A stretch of 64,000 nucleotides of DNA, taken from the sequence record QB031382.1; one strand, 5' to 3'. This document shows positions 48,959-57,123 of the stretch, one piece after another. Made by a program: the position numbers and the translations under genes. A model generated the notes under the pieces. The model was not told where the DNA came from and made no database searches. It saw only the letters and a list, made by a program, of their open reading frames with translations. The stretch is from a phage. Position 1 is the first letter of the stretch, and every line of letters starts with the position of its first letter.

Positions 48959-49184
48959 GCTTAAATCTGCATGGAACATTGCTGTAGGCGATGAGATCCG
49001 CATTCCGGGTGGGAAGACCGTTATGAAGATATCCCGTATTGAATACGAAGGTGACCGTGTATTCCATATTTTTGCAGAAGATGGTCGAGAAATTTATATA
49101 CAGGCGGGCTCACACATCTATATTCGTAAAGGGGATGACAAACGACAGAGATCATCATTTCAACTGCAGGGTATGTATTCCTGA
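48951..49184 (+). CDS. hypothetical protein
   Basis: ATG after RBS AAGGAAGG. Confidence 0.4.
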   Translation: MFKLKSAWNIAVGDEIRIPGGKTVMKISRIEYEGDRVFHIFAEDGREIYIQAGSHIYIRKGDDKRQRSSFQLQGMYS

Positions 49185-49784
49185 CAATCATTGCGCTGAT
49201 CATCTTGGTGGTGGTGTATGGATTTGTTATCCTGCCTATTCTTGAGACATTTAGTTTGTGTCGGTGTTGGAGAAAGGCTTACGGACCACAGCCGTGGAAA
49301 GACTGGCCTCATCTGTTACGCATAGCGTTCTCCTATGCCTATGATCACTCCAGCAGTGCATGCATAACTGGGTATCACGCCCACAACTGGAACTGGGAAG
49401 GGTTGGGGAGATGGAATGTTATAAAAACTATACCTCTACGCATGTACAAGCCTAAAAACAAAGATAGTTGATACTTGAAAATCCCTGGCACATCAAACAT
49501 AAGGAGGATTTCTAAAATGGATTTCCTCCTTTTGATATTTTACCTGGCCGGATATTTTAAAATTCTTAGAAAATCAGAAAATGGATCGAAAACTAAAATG
49601 GATTTTTTCAAGACAGGCACGATAAGCTGTGCTAATCATCCTATCGTTCGCACCGTACTTCAAATCACCGTTCCAGATTTTCCGCACACACTCTCACCCT
49701 TCTACCAGAACTTTCCCAACTTACCTTCGGCCTTTTATGACAATAAGTTAATTATTATCAGTAAGTTTTGATACATCTCTCTCA

Positions 49785-49975
49785 GTACTCGATCTGTTTT
49801 TCATTTCAAAGATTGGATTTTCTGAAAATTTTTCTCGATAAATTTTTCGGTACTCGATCTGTTTTTCGTTTTCTGAATCGGATTTTCTTGAAATTGGTCC
49901 AGCACCAGATCTAAAATTTTTGGGAACGAAAGCGATTTTTCGTTTTCAGAAATGGATTTTTAAAATTTCTATATG
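49785..49975. repeat. AT-rich tandem direct repeats (about 64 bp, two full copies plus a partial)
   Basis: GTACTCGATCTGTTTTTC(A/G)TTT... at 49785 and 49849, partial third copy near 49930. Confidence 0.5.
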
Positions 49976-50082
49976 GGAATATTTTATGAGGTATTATTTT
50001 ATATAGAATTGTCACGGTAGGTAATTAGCATGCTAACTAAATTTATGAAATGCGAAAAGTTCTCATTTAGAATTTTGAATGA

Positions 50083-50135
50083 TAATCATTCTCGTTTGCA
50101 GAATAACGGGCACCCCCGGTGATTGTCTCCCGGCC
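50083..50135 (+). repeat. GC-rich repeat element, copy A
   Basis: 50103-50131 ATAACGGGCACCCCCGGTGATTGTCTCCC is the exact reverse complement of 58211-58239. Confidence 0.6.
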
Positions 50136-50218
50136 CCTACTGCCCCGGCTTGCTATTATAGTATCACACAGGACAAAGAAAGCAAGGAGTTTTTGCATAA
50201 ATTTTTAGACGATAATGA

Positions 50219-50280
50219 TAATCGTTCTCATTTCATGCAGCGCCCATCCCCGGTGGTTGTCTCCCCCGTCACCGGTGCCT
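50219..50280 (+). repeat. GC-rich repeat element, copy C (direct, degenerate)
   Basis: GATAATCGTTCTC...CCCCGGTGGTTGTCTCCCCCGTCACCGGTGCC, about 85 percent identical to copy A and to the inverted copy B. Confidence 0.5.
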
Positions 50281-50640
50281 GCCGTCCTTTCGATATGTAT
50301 ATTGTGCCACCTGGCGGGGCCGCTGTCAACACTTTTCAAAAATTTTTTTCTAACCTGATGCACTAACCGCTGCAACCTGGCGGGGCCAGCCTGGCAGGAC
50401 CTAACTGACCAGGTGGGCCTATGCTATAGGATAGGTAACAATTGAAGAGGAGGTACAAAAAATGGAAGGTAATATGATCCCCTGGAAAATGTAGCTATTA
50501 ATGACGCTGAGGCTATCGCCCTGGTTGAAAAGGCTATGGCGGGAGCGTTGGAACATAAAGAAGAGTACGAAAAAATTATGGTTAACCTGGCAGGGTCGGC
50601 GGCTGAGGAATTTTGCCCAAAAAATAATTTTAACTAGTGG

Positions 50641-50669
50641 TTGACAGCTCGGACAGTTTTTGCTATTCT
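50641..50669 (+). promoter_or_regulatory. sigma70-like promoter
   Basis: -35 TTGACA, 17-bp spacer, -10 TATTCT. Confidence 0.45.
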
Positions 50670-50721
50670 TATCCTCGCAAGGTGAACAACACCACACTAA
50701 TTAACAGAGAGGATAAAAATC

Positions 50722-50919
50722 ATGAACGCCTACGGAATCAAAGTACGTCGCAACACTCGCCAGGTGGTCACCAATCAAGTGATTTGCCGGGCGGATGTAA
50801 CCATCAACAACGGGCAAGGCCTTTATAAATTTCGTCGCGGTCATAGTTATACCCTGCAACAGCTTAATCGTTGCGCCCTGACAAAAGGCCAGATCAACCA
50901 CTGGTTTAATAAAAAATAA
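50722..50919 (+). CDS. small hypothetical protein
   Basis: 65 aa, RBS GAGAGGA. Confidence 0.45.
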   Translation: MNAYGIKVRRNTRQVVTNQVICRADVTINNGQGLYKFRRGHSYTLQQLNRCALTKGQINHWFNKK

Positions 50920-50922
50920 GTA

Positions 50923-50951
50923 TTGACATATAGCCTGACACAAAATACACT
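50923..50951 (+). promoter_or_regulatory. sigma70-like promoter
   Basis: -35 TTGACA, 17-bp spacer, -10 TACACT. Confidence 0.45.
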
Positions 50952-50983
50952 AAAAGCACAAAAGACACTAAGAGGATAAAATC

Positions 50984-51382
50984 ATGAAAACCACTACCTT
51001 TAATTTTGACAATGCGGACTTTTCTTTTTCTGATGTCAAGAACTGCCGCCGTGATCGTGGATTTTATAAGGCTTATAATCTGGTGGGCCTGGACGATGAC
51101 AATAATTTGCACGAAGTAGCTGAGATCCGGTATTATGCCGCCGCCAGTGGGAACACTCACTACTGCGTTTTTTGGATACACGACAACAAGAACAATAAGT
51201 ACGGCTATACTGGCGGCAAGGCGAGCGGTCACGGTTATGATAAAGCTAACGCAGCACTTGAGAGCGCATTAAATGCTATGGGGATCACTGCCGACGGCTG
51301 GATCTACGAAGAAGAGTTTTTGTCGGCACTTGCTGACCGCCTGGGATATAAAAAGCACATTGTAACATGTGCCCACGAATAA
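50984..51382 (+). CDS. small hypothetical protein
   Basis: 132 aa, RBS AAGAGGA. Confidence 0.5.
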   Translation: MKTTTFNFDNADFSFSDVKNCRRDRGFYKAYNLVGLDDDNNLHEVAEIRYYAAASGNTHYCVFWIHDNKNNKYGYTGGKASGHGYDKANAALESALNAMGITADGWIYEEEFLSALADRLGYKKHIVTCAHE

Positions 51383-51393
51383 AAAAAAAATTA

Positions 51394-51421
51394 TTGACAC
51401 GCTGCAAAATTCAAGTAAACT
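51394..51421 (+). promoter_or_regulatory. sigma70-like promoter with 5' leader hairpin
   Basis: -35 TTGACA, 16-bp spacer, -10 TAAACT; leader hairpin GGCGGGAA-TGT-TTCCCGCC. Confidence 0.45.
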
Positions 51422-51469
51422 AGACACAAAAGGCGGGAATGTTTCCCGCCAACACAAAGGAAAAAGATC

Positions 51470-51874
51470 ATGAATAAGAACGTACGCCGCATCATGAACG
51501 AGTTGGCAAACGATGAAAAAATTATTGACATGCATTTGATCAACATTTGCCGCCGTTGTGTAACATATAACAACCGCGCCGCAAAAGCGCGTGAGATGAA
51601 CGCAAAAGGCACCTTAAAGCCATTCCAGGTGGTGGTAAAGGCCATTAAAAATGTAACTAATACGGCAAACCAGGTACAGGGGAACACCAACGAGAGTACC
51701 AATATTGATCCGGCTTACATCATGAAACGGATCCGGACCTGTAAGAACAAAGAGCAAGTGTATAATGTTATAGACTGGTTGGATTCTATGGGCGACGTGG
51801 TGTACAATAGATTCTCGGCAGCTATTGAGATCCAGCTTGACAGGTTGGACGGTAAAGTACTGAAAACTTATTAA
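51470..51874 (+). CDS. small hypothetical protein
   Basis: 134 aa. Confidence 0.5.
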   Translation: MNKNVRRIMNELANDEKIIDMHLINICRRCVTYNNRAAKAREMNAKGTLKPFQVVVKAIKNVTNTANQVQGNTNESTNIDPAYIMKRIRTCKNKEQVYNVIDWLDSMGDVVYNRFSAAIEIQLDRLDGKVLKTY

Positions 51875-51875
51875 G

Positions 51876-51921
51876 TTTATTTTTAGATGGCCTTGACTCC
51901 AGGGCCATCAATAAAGTAAAC
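51876..51921 (+). promoter_or_regulatory. conserved palindromic intergenic element, copy 1
   Basis: TTTATTTTTAGATGGCCTTGACTCCAGGGCCATCAATAAAGTAAAC; 7-bp stem GATGGCC/GGCCATC with TTGAC in loop; T-rich upstream, A-rich downstream. Confidence 0.4.
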
Positions 51922-51954
51922 TAGTCTCAACTAAGCGAAAAAGGGGGCTTTAAG

Positions 51955-52074
51955 ATGAGCACTACACGCCAATACACAAAGGTAACTATTATCGTTTGCG
52001 TTGTCGGTTACATCCTGGCGCAAATGTTAATGAGTAGCGCCAACAGTTTTGCAAAATTTTTCTTAAATTTTTAA
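51955..52074 (+). CDS. small hydrophobic peptide (39 aa, below ORF-track cutoff)
   Basis: ATG after RBS AAAGGGGG; sequence MSTTRQYTKVTIIVCVVGYILAQMLMSSANSFAKFFLNF. Confidence 0.3.
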   Translation: MSTTRQYTKVTIIVCVVGYILAQMLMSSANSFAKFFLNF

Positions 52075-52102
52075 TTGACAAGCTAACCCAAATCAGTATA
52101 CT
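52075..52102 (+). promoter_or_regulatory. sigma70-like promoter with leader hairpin
   Basis: -35 TTGACA, 16-bp spacer, -10 TATACT; hairpin GGGAA-AAC-TTCCC. Confidence 0.5.
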
Positions 52103-52153
52103 TAAACACGTAAACGGGAAAACTTCCCAGAACACACAAAAGGAGAAAACACC

Positions 52154-52495
52154 ATGACTACTATGACCGCCGCAGAAAAAGCTATGCAGATCGCCGCGCT
52201 GAAAAAACAGATCGCAGACCTTGAGAACAAGATCGATAACTTTGAAATCGACGAGGACAAGTACGACGAAAACTATAATGAATGGCTAGACGAGATCCAC
52301 GGCGAAATTATGATCGGTAACATTTCTTTTCTTCCGTCGCGTATCCTCAAGGAGTTAGATCCTATCGCTTACCGCTGCGGATTTAGCGACTACATCGACA
52401 GCCTGGGCATTGAGGACGACGAAGACTATCAAGAATTGCAGACAGAGTTGGAAGAAATGAAAGAGGAGCTTTCAAAGCTGGAAGAAAACGAGTAA
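52154..52495 (+). CDS. small acidic hypothetical protein
   Basis: 113 aa, RBS AAGGAGA. Confidence 0.5.
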   Translation: MTTMTAAEKAMQIAALKKQIADLENKIDNFEIDEDKYDENYNEWLDEIHGEIMIGNISFLPSRILKELDPIAYRCGFSDYIDSLGIEDDEDYQELQTELEEMKEELSKLEENE

Positions 52496-52497
52496 AA

Positions 52498-52543
52498 TTT
52501 ATTTTTAGATGGCCTTGACCCCAGGGCCATCAATAAAGTAAAC
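52498..52543 (+). promoter_or_regulatory. conserved palindromic intergenic element, copy 2
   Basis: TTTATTTTTAGATGGCCTTGACCCCAGGGCCATCAATAAAGTAAAC. Confidence 0.4.
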
Positions 52544-52581
52544 TTTACACTGTTACACTGAACTAATGAGGAGTTAAAACT

Positions 52582-52827
52582 ATGGCAGCACTAATCACAA
52601 AATATTATGCGCCCACCAACACCAAAAGCGCCCGTATCATGGTAAAAGGTTTCGGACGTAAAAAGGTCTACACCTGGGACTATTCCCTAGATATGGAAGA
52701 CAATTATACCAACGTAATGACTGATTTTATTAATGATCTGAATAAACAGATCCTAACCGACTACAAAGTGACCGATATTGTTTACATAGGTGAAGGCGGG
52801 ATCTGTTTTGTAGGCATTGTGAAATAG
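52582..52827 (+). CDS. small hypothetical protein
   Basis: 81 aa, RBS GAGGAG. Confidence 0.45.
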   Translation: MAALITKYYAPTNTKSARIMVKGFGRKKVYTWDYSLDMEDNYTNVMTDFINDLNKQILTDYKVTDIVYIGEGGICFVGIVK

Positions 52828-52875
52828 TTATTTTTTCGGTGGTCCTGGTTGCAGGGGCCATCTATAAAGATAATT
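52828..52875 (+). promoter_or_regulatory. conserved palindromic intergenic element, variant copy
   Basis: TTTTTTCGGTGGTCCTGGTTGCAGGGGCCATCTATAAAGATAAT; shares GGGCCATC(A/T)ATAAAG core. Confidence 0.3.
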
Positions 52876-52903
52876 TATTAACACCATGAAAGGAGAAAGT
52901 AAC

Positions 52904-53257
52904 ATGATCAGCGGGGCCAGTTTTATTATCGGCGCTATTGCTACGGCTTTAATTGTAAACAAGATCCAGGATAAAAAGGAAAGAGGAAGTACCGCCCTTG
53001 CAGAATATCCATTTTGGACATTCAACGATAACGAAGATTATATTATAAAGTATAAAAATAAAGAAGGCGACCAAGTAACACCGCGACCGATCCCGGCTTA
53101 CAAAATGCAGGAAACACTATACCGCCTTGAGGCGGGCGGCGCAAAAATTGTTGACTTTTGGGGATACGACCACACAGATCAGGAAGTTATAAAGCGCCGT
53201 ATCCGGGCTATTCAGGCCAATATTGAGGTTAGCAAGAGGGGAATATATGAAAATTAA
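52904..53257 (+). CDS. small membrane-anchored hypothetical protein
   Basis: ATG after RBS AAAGGAGAAAG; N-terminal hydrophobic helix ISGASFIIGAIATALIV. Confidence 0.45.
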   Translation: MISGASFIIGAIATALIVNKIQDKKERGSTALAEYPFWTFNDNEDYIIKYKNKEGDQVTPRPIPAYKMQETLYRLEAGGAKIVDFWGYDHTDQEVIKRRIRAIQANIEVSKRGIYEN

Positions 53258-53444
53258 TTTCGAGAAAATTGTAAAGCGCCCTCATGATTCCGAAGAGTTG
53301 CCAGAACGCCGCCAGCGCAACAATAAGCTGAATAAGCCAAAAAGGTTTGGGAAGATCTGGCGTAATCATTATGATCGTAAATTGCCCGGCCTACTTTTGG
53401 AACGTGAACGACAGGCAGAACGCTACCGCCATAAAGACAAATAA
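53247..53444 (+). CDS. small basic hypothetical protein
   Basis: ATG after RBS AAGAGGGG; 65 aa. Confidence 0.35.
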   Translation: MKINFEKIVKRPHDSEELPERRQRNNKLNKPKRFGKIWRNHYDRKLPGLLLERERQAERYRHKDK

Positions 53445-53452
53445 CAACCAAC

Positions 53453-53480
53453 GCCCCGCCATTGTGCGGGGCTTTTTATT
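53453..53480 (+). terminator. rho-independent terminator
   Basis: Stem GCCCCGC ... GCGGGGC followed by TTTTTATTTC. Confidence 0.6.
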
Positions 53481-53601
53481 TCTATCCTACGAATAGCGCC
53501 CCTGGTTGGCCCTGTAAGCGCCAAAAAGGCCCCCACCTATGCAATCGCCCCTTTAACCTGAAAACATCGCCCAGGGCCGTCCTATGGCGTTAAAAATATC
53601 A

Positions 53602-53629
53602 TTGACATCGTCAACAGGTTAGCTATACT
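53602..53629 (+). promoter_or_regulatory. sigma70-like promoter
   Basis: -35 TTGACA, 16-bp spacer, -10 TATACT. Confidence 0.5.
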
Positions 53630-53661
53630 AACCACATCAAAGAGAGAAAGGAGTAAACGCC

Positions 53662-53922
53662 ATGCGTAAATTAAAAAATTTTGATAAAGTTGATGTTATC
53701 CTGAATAATTTTTACTACTGCAACAATAAAGCTATCTGGTGGCGGGATAGTTCCACCGATAAAGTCAAAGCGCGCTTTCTTCAAGGGCACTGGCAAGGCC
53801 GCCCAGTGATTAAAATCATGGGGCAATTGGTAGCGTTTAAAAATTGCCGCCGCGTTGATGACGTTGAGGAGATTTTAAACATTTTGCGCCACAATAATTT
53901 AAAAAATAGTGTTGACAAGTAG
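53662..53922 (+). CDS. small hypothetical protein
   Basis: 86 aa, RBS AAAGGAG. Confidence 0.45.
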   Translation: MRKLKNFDKVDVILNNFYYCNNKAIWWRDSSTDKVKARFLQGHWQGRPVIKIMGQLVAFKNCRRVDDVEEILNILRHNNLKNSVDK

Positions 53923-53939
53923 ATCTCAATAAGTATAAT
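53912..53939 (+). promoter_or_regulatory. sigma70 consensus promoter with leader hairpin
   Basis: -35 TTGACA inside end of upstream ORF, 16-bp spacer, -10 TATAAT; hairpin GGCGGGAA-AAC-TTCCCGCC. Confidence 0.55.
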
Positions 53940-53996
53940 TAAACACACAGGCGGGAAAACTTCCCGCCACTAACAAAGAAAACAGGAGAAAATATC

Positions 53997-54620
53997 ATGA
54001 CCACCGTTAACATTACCACAGGTTACAATTTATCTTTCGACGTGCTGACCGACGAACAAAAAGAAAAAGCCATTGAAATGGTCCGCGAAAGAGAAGAACG
54101 TAGCGGGGACGATTTTTTCGCAGAAAATGTAATTGAATACTATAAAGAACAAGTTTTTCCAGAGTACGGCCTTGAGGATACCGAAGTACATTGGTCCGGC
54201 TTTTGGTGTCAAGGCGATGGCGCATCGATCAGTGCTGAAAATGTAGACTTAGAAAAATTCTTGCGTAAAGTCAAGGCCCTGACCAAGTTCAGATCAATTC
54301 GTCACTTGTTCGGCACAATGCACGATGGCGAACTATCCGCCAGTGTTGAACGCGACAAGTACAGCCATTACAGCCATGAAAACACTATAAGCGGGTACAT
54401 TGATACCACTTGGATAGATCTGACCGCCAAACAAGAAAACAAAGTGGAAGACCTGGAAGAATTGATCACCGAGACGGTACGGGAGCTATCCCGCAAGGTT
54501 TACGTAGACCTTGAGGAGGCCTATCTAGAACAGTTCACCGCAGAAAACCTGATCGGCCTTATTCAGGCCAATGATTGGCGGTTTGATGTCGATGAATATG
54601 GTGAGATGACTTTTTCATAA
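53997..54620 (+). CDS. hypothetical acidic protein
   Basis: 207 aa, RBS CAGGAGAAAA. Confidence 0.5.
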   Translation: MTTVNITTGYNLSFDVLTDEQKEKAIEMVREREERSGDDFFAENVIEYYKEQVFPEYGLEDTEVHWSGFWCQGDGASISAENVDLEKFLRKVKALTKFRSIRHLFGTMHDGELSASVERDKYSHYSHENTISGYIDTTWIDLTAKQENKVEDLEELITETVRELSRKVYVDLEEAYLEQFTAENLIGLIQANDWRFDVDEYGEMTFS

Positions 54621-54628
54621 ATAAAGTG

Positions 54629-54656
54629 TTGCAATAACCTAAAAACCTGCTATATT
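54629..54656 (+). promoter_or_regulatory. sigma70-like promoter with leader hairpin
   Basis: -35 TTGCAA, 16-bp spacer, -10 TATATT; hairpin GGGCAA-GACAT-TTGCCC. Confidence 0.45.
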
Positions 54657-54713
54657 AAAACTCAAGGGGGGCAAGACATTTGCCCGCCAACACAAAACAA
54701 AGAGGATAACATC

Positions 54714-55094
54714 ATGAAAAATACTACTAAGGCTATTGACACCGTTATGTTTAACCTGGTTACACTCCGTGAAGATATGAAAGATCTTCCGCGTGAAACA
54801 GTGTGCGACCATATCGAAAACTATCGCAAACTAATCAAAGAGTTGCCATTAAAACGAGATCAGTACGCGGCTAACGCTATGCTAAACGCCATGATCAAAA
54901 AGATGATCCAGTGTGATCTAACCCTGGCCTATGATTATGCAGGCGGTCGTTTTGCAGTATACAATCAGCCCGTGCCTGGTATGAGCACCACCGAAGAATT
55001 GCACGCGCTCAATCTAAAACAGGACGTGTGGGATAGTATGCCTCGCGTGGTGGTATGGGTAGAAAGCGGGAAGATTTACGGCGATAATTTTTAA
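54714..55094 (+). CDS. small hypothetical protein
   Basis: 126 aa, RBS AAGAGGA. Confidence 0.5.
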   Translation: MKNTTKAIDTVMFNLVTLREDMKDLPRETVCDHIENYRKLIKELPLKRDQYAANAMLNAMIKKMIQCDLTLAYDYAGGRFAVYNQPVPGMSTTEELHALNLKQDVWDSMPRVVVWVESGKIYGDNF

Positions 55095-55103
55095 TCAGGT
55101 AGC

Positions 55104-55131
55104 AGGCGGCATAATTGCCGCCTTATTGTTG
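55104..55131 (+). terminator. rho-independent terminator
   Basis: Stem AGGCGGCA-TAAT-TGCCGCCT then TATTGTTG. Confidence 0.45.
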
Positions 55132-55158
55132 ATCAGAACTGCAAAAGGGGTACATAGA

Positions 55159-55530
55159 ATGGAATTTATTATTTTGGCCGTATTGGTTGCCTTATTTAAC
55201 GCCTGGATCGCTGGCAAGATGGGAAGATCCGCCTTTTTATGGTTTATTATATCTATTTTCCTGGGGGTGGTTGCAACTATTGTACTGGTTATCCTTGCAA
55301 TTGTTGACAAGGGGAATAATAGAAAGGGTAAAGTATTTTCAGACCTGTACGACGCTCAAACGTTTGTCAACGCCTATTACAGCGATCTTCCAGTCTCCCT
55401 ACGTTGCAGCCTTGCACAACAGGTTTTTGATGAGGCTAAAACCAGAGATCACGCCCATGAGATTTGTTTAACTGAGGCGGATCGCTTATTTGAGAGGAAT
55501 AGAAAATATGTGGGCCAGCCGTTTAAATAA
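55159..55530 (+). CDS. small membrane protein
   Basis: ATG after RBS AAAGGGG; two hydrophobic helices. Confidence 0.45.
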   Translation: MEFIILAVLVALFNAWIAGKMGRSAFLWFIISIFLGVVATIVLVILAIVDKGNNRKGKVFSDLYDAQTFVNAYYSDLPVSLRCSLAQQVFDEAKTRDHAHEICLTEADRLFERNRKYVGQPFK

Positions 55531-55729
55531 TACCACGTTAATTAATCCATTTAGTGAAGATTTGAGGCCAGCCGCCTGGCGGAATGGATTCAATAACGAA
55601 AAATTTACTTTTAGGCCTGATCTTGAGGAATTTTATAACAATGGATCGAACAACGACAGAAATAATTTTTCTCGTAATGTGCGTGGCGATAATACTCCTG
55701 GGGGCCATTGTAAACCACGTCACTGCTAA
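55508..55729 (+). CDS. small hypothetical protein
   Basis: ATG after RBS GAGGAA, overlaps upstream gene end; Asn-rich. Confidence 0.3.
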   Translation: MWASRLNNTTLINPFSEDLRPAAWRNGFNNEKFTFRPDLEEFYNNGSNNDRNNFSRNVRGDNTPGGHCKPRHC

Positions 55730-55749
55730 CAGGAGGAAAGGGGGAGACG

Positions 55750-55869
55750 ATGACAACCAAGGATAAGCCCAGCACCGACAAGGCGCGCCGCGTTATGGTA
55801 TGGCTTGAGATTATCGCCCTTGAAATATTGTTAGGCGTAGGGATGTATTTTATCGCCGTACGTACCTGA
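55750..55869 (+). CDS. small hydrophobic peptide (39 aa, below ORF-track cutoff)
   Basis: ATG after strong RBS AGGAGGAAAGGGGGAG; C-terminal hydrophobic helix; terminator follows. Confidence 0.3.
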   Translation: MTTKDKPSTDKARRVMVWLEIIALEILLGVGMYFIAVRT

Positions 55870-55873
55870 TAAC

Positions 55874-55905
55874 GGCCCCCGATCCCTGGGGGCCTGACTT
55901 TTTTC
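55874..55905 (+). terminator. rho-independent terminator
   Basis: Stem GGCCCCC-GATCCCT-GGGGGCC then TGACTTTTTTC. Confidence 0.6.
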
Positions 55906-55933
55906 AAAAAAAAAAATTTTTTCTTCCGGGGTG

Positions 55934-55961
55934 TTGCAATCCGGTCCGGAATATGGATAAT
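55934..55961 (+). promoter_or_regulatory. sigma70-like promoter with leader hairpin
   Basis: -35 TTGCAA, 16-bp spacer, -10 GATAAT; hairpin GGGGAG-ACA-CTCCCC. Confidence 0.45.
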
Positions 55962-56020
55962 AACAATCAACGGGGAGACACTCCCCACCACACAGACAAA
56001 GTTCCAAAAGGAGAAACAAA

Positions 56021-56221
56021 ATGAGCAACAATATCCGCGTTATTAACTTCAAAAAAGAAGAAAAAATAGCTGTGCTGGTTGATGGTCAAGAAATATTCAA
56101 GGGGTATTACGAAGATCATCAGGCGGCGATCAGTATTACCCGCGTAATTGGTTACCATAATTTTTACCCTCAAGGCGCTGAGGCAGCAGTAAAACGAATT
56201 AAGGAGATTGTAGGCCTGTAA
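56021..56221 (+). CDS. small hypothetical protein
   Basis: 66 aa, RBS AAGGAGAAA. Confidence 0.5.
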   Translation: MSNNIRVINFKKEEKIAVLVDGQEIFKGYYEDHQAAISITRVIGYHNFYPQGAEAAVKRIKEIVGL

Positions 56222-56223
56222 AA

Positions 56224-56270
56224 TTTATTTTTAGATGGCCTTGACCCCAGGGCCATCAAATAAAGTAAAT
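56224..56270 (+). promoter_or_regulatory. conserved palindromic intergenic element, copy 3
   Basis: TTTATTTTTAGATGGCCTTGACCCCAGGGCCATCAAATAAAGTAAAT. Confidence 0.4.
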
Positions 56271-56313
56271 TTAAAACCTGTTAAAATAATCAGTGCAAAA
56301 AGGAGAAATGATC

Positions 56314-56613
56314 ATGTTTATACCCGCCAATGATCTTTATTTCTTTGATGGTCAGATCGTAGACGGCGTGGAAGTTGAGATCGCTGGATGTAAAGGCGGC
56401 CAGGTAATGATCTTCCGCAATAGTGCCTTTAACGATCATTTTATTACAATGACTGTGGAAGTTAAAAAGCTGGATGATAAGAAAACACTCATTGACTATT
56501 CCGTGAAAGATCATCCAGACTACCACATGATCTATGGTGATTTGTGCATTGTTGACCGTGACAAGGTGGGCGGCATTGTGATCGCTATTGTGAACGATGT
56601 TTTCTCTGAATAA
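56314..56613 (+). CDS. small hypothetical protein
   Basis: ATG after RBS AAAGGAGAAA. Confidence 0.45.
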   Translation: MFIPANDLYFFDGQIVDGVEVEIAGCKGGQVMIFRNSAFNDHFITMTVEVKKLDDKKTLIDYSVKDHPDYHMIYGDLCIVDRDKVGGIVIAIVNDVFSE

Positions 56614-56672
56614 TTCCGGCAAATGATGCAAAATAAGGCCCATGGCAGGGCCTGCAGCGATATAATCACACA

Positions 56673-56704
56673 AAGGCTATGCAGTTGCATGGCCTTTTTA
56701 TTTT
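56673..56704 (+). terminator. rho-independent terminator
   Basis: Imperfect stem GGCTATGCA...TGCATGGCC then TTTTTATTTT. Confidence 0.45.
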
Positions 56705-56751
56705 AGCGCTACAGCGGCCCCCAAGGCGTTTAAAAAATTTTTAAAAAGTAC

Positions 56752-56779
56752 TTGCATCAAGTCCGACAATATGGATAAT
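56752..56779 (+). promoter_or_regulatory. sigma70-like promoter
   Basis: -35 TTGCAT, 16-bp spacer, -10 GATAAT; G/C hairpin in leader. Confidence 0.4.
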
Positions 56780-56838
56780 AGGACTTATCAGGGGGGGGCG
56801 GCCCCCAATCATTAACCGGATAGATGGGAGTTAAAATC

Positions 56839-57123
56839 ATGGCTATTGTTACCGTGGGCGATGTAGTAGAAATGGAAGCAAAATACTTAAAAGCGGGTAT
56901 GCATATCCTACGCAACGATCTTGAACTAGTCCTGACAATGGTCGACTATAATCCCGGTCAGGATTATCCAAGCATCGACTACTTTTTCCAGTATGTTGAC
57001 GAAGAATTAAAAGAAGATGACGCTTATCGTGGTGAATTTTGCAATTTCTTTTGCCCTGATGAGGTTGTAAAAGTTATCTATCAACCTGGCGTACCTTTCC
57101 CGTTGCACGCCATCAATAAATAA
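56839..57123 (+). CDS. small hypothetical protein
   Basis: Second ATG chosen (RBS GGGAG); 94 aa. Confidence 0.45.
   Translation: MAIVTVGDVVEMEAKYLKAGMHILRNDLELVLTMVDYNPGQDYPSIDYFFQYVDEELKEDDAYRGEFCNFFCPDEVVKVIYQPGVPFPLHAINK

Noticed and set aside
49475-49771. 98-aa ORF at 49475-49771
   Set aside because: It starts inside a terminator-like hairpin and runs through the AT-rich repeat interval; no RBS; likely spurious.
50079-50366. ORFs 50079-50366 (+) and 58102-58287 (-) sharing the peptide ITGTPGDCLP
   Set aside because: The shared peptide is just the translation of the inverted GC-rich repeat; no RBS; judged to be repeat artefacts.
51876-56270. The 45-bp palindromic element as an ordinary rho-independent terminator
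   Set aside because: The hairpin is followed by an A-rich, not U-rich, tract on either strand, so it does not fit the intrinsic-terminator architecture.
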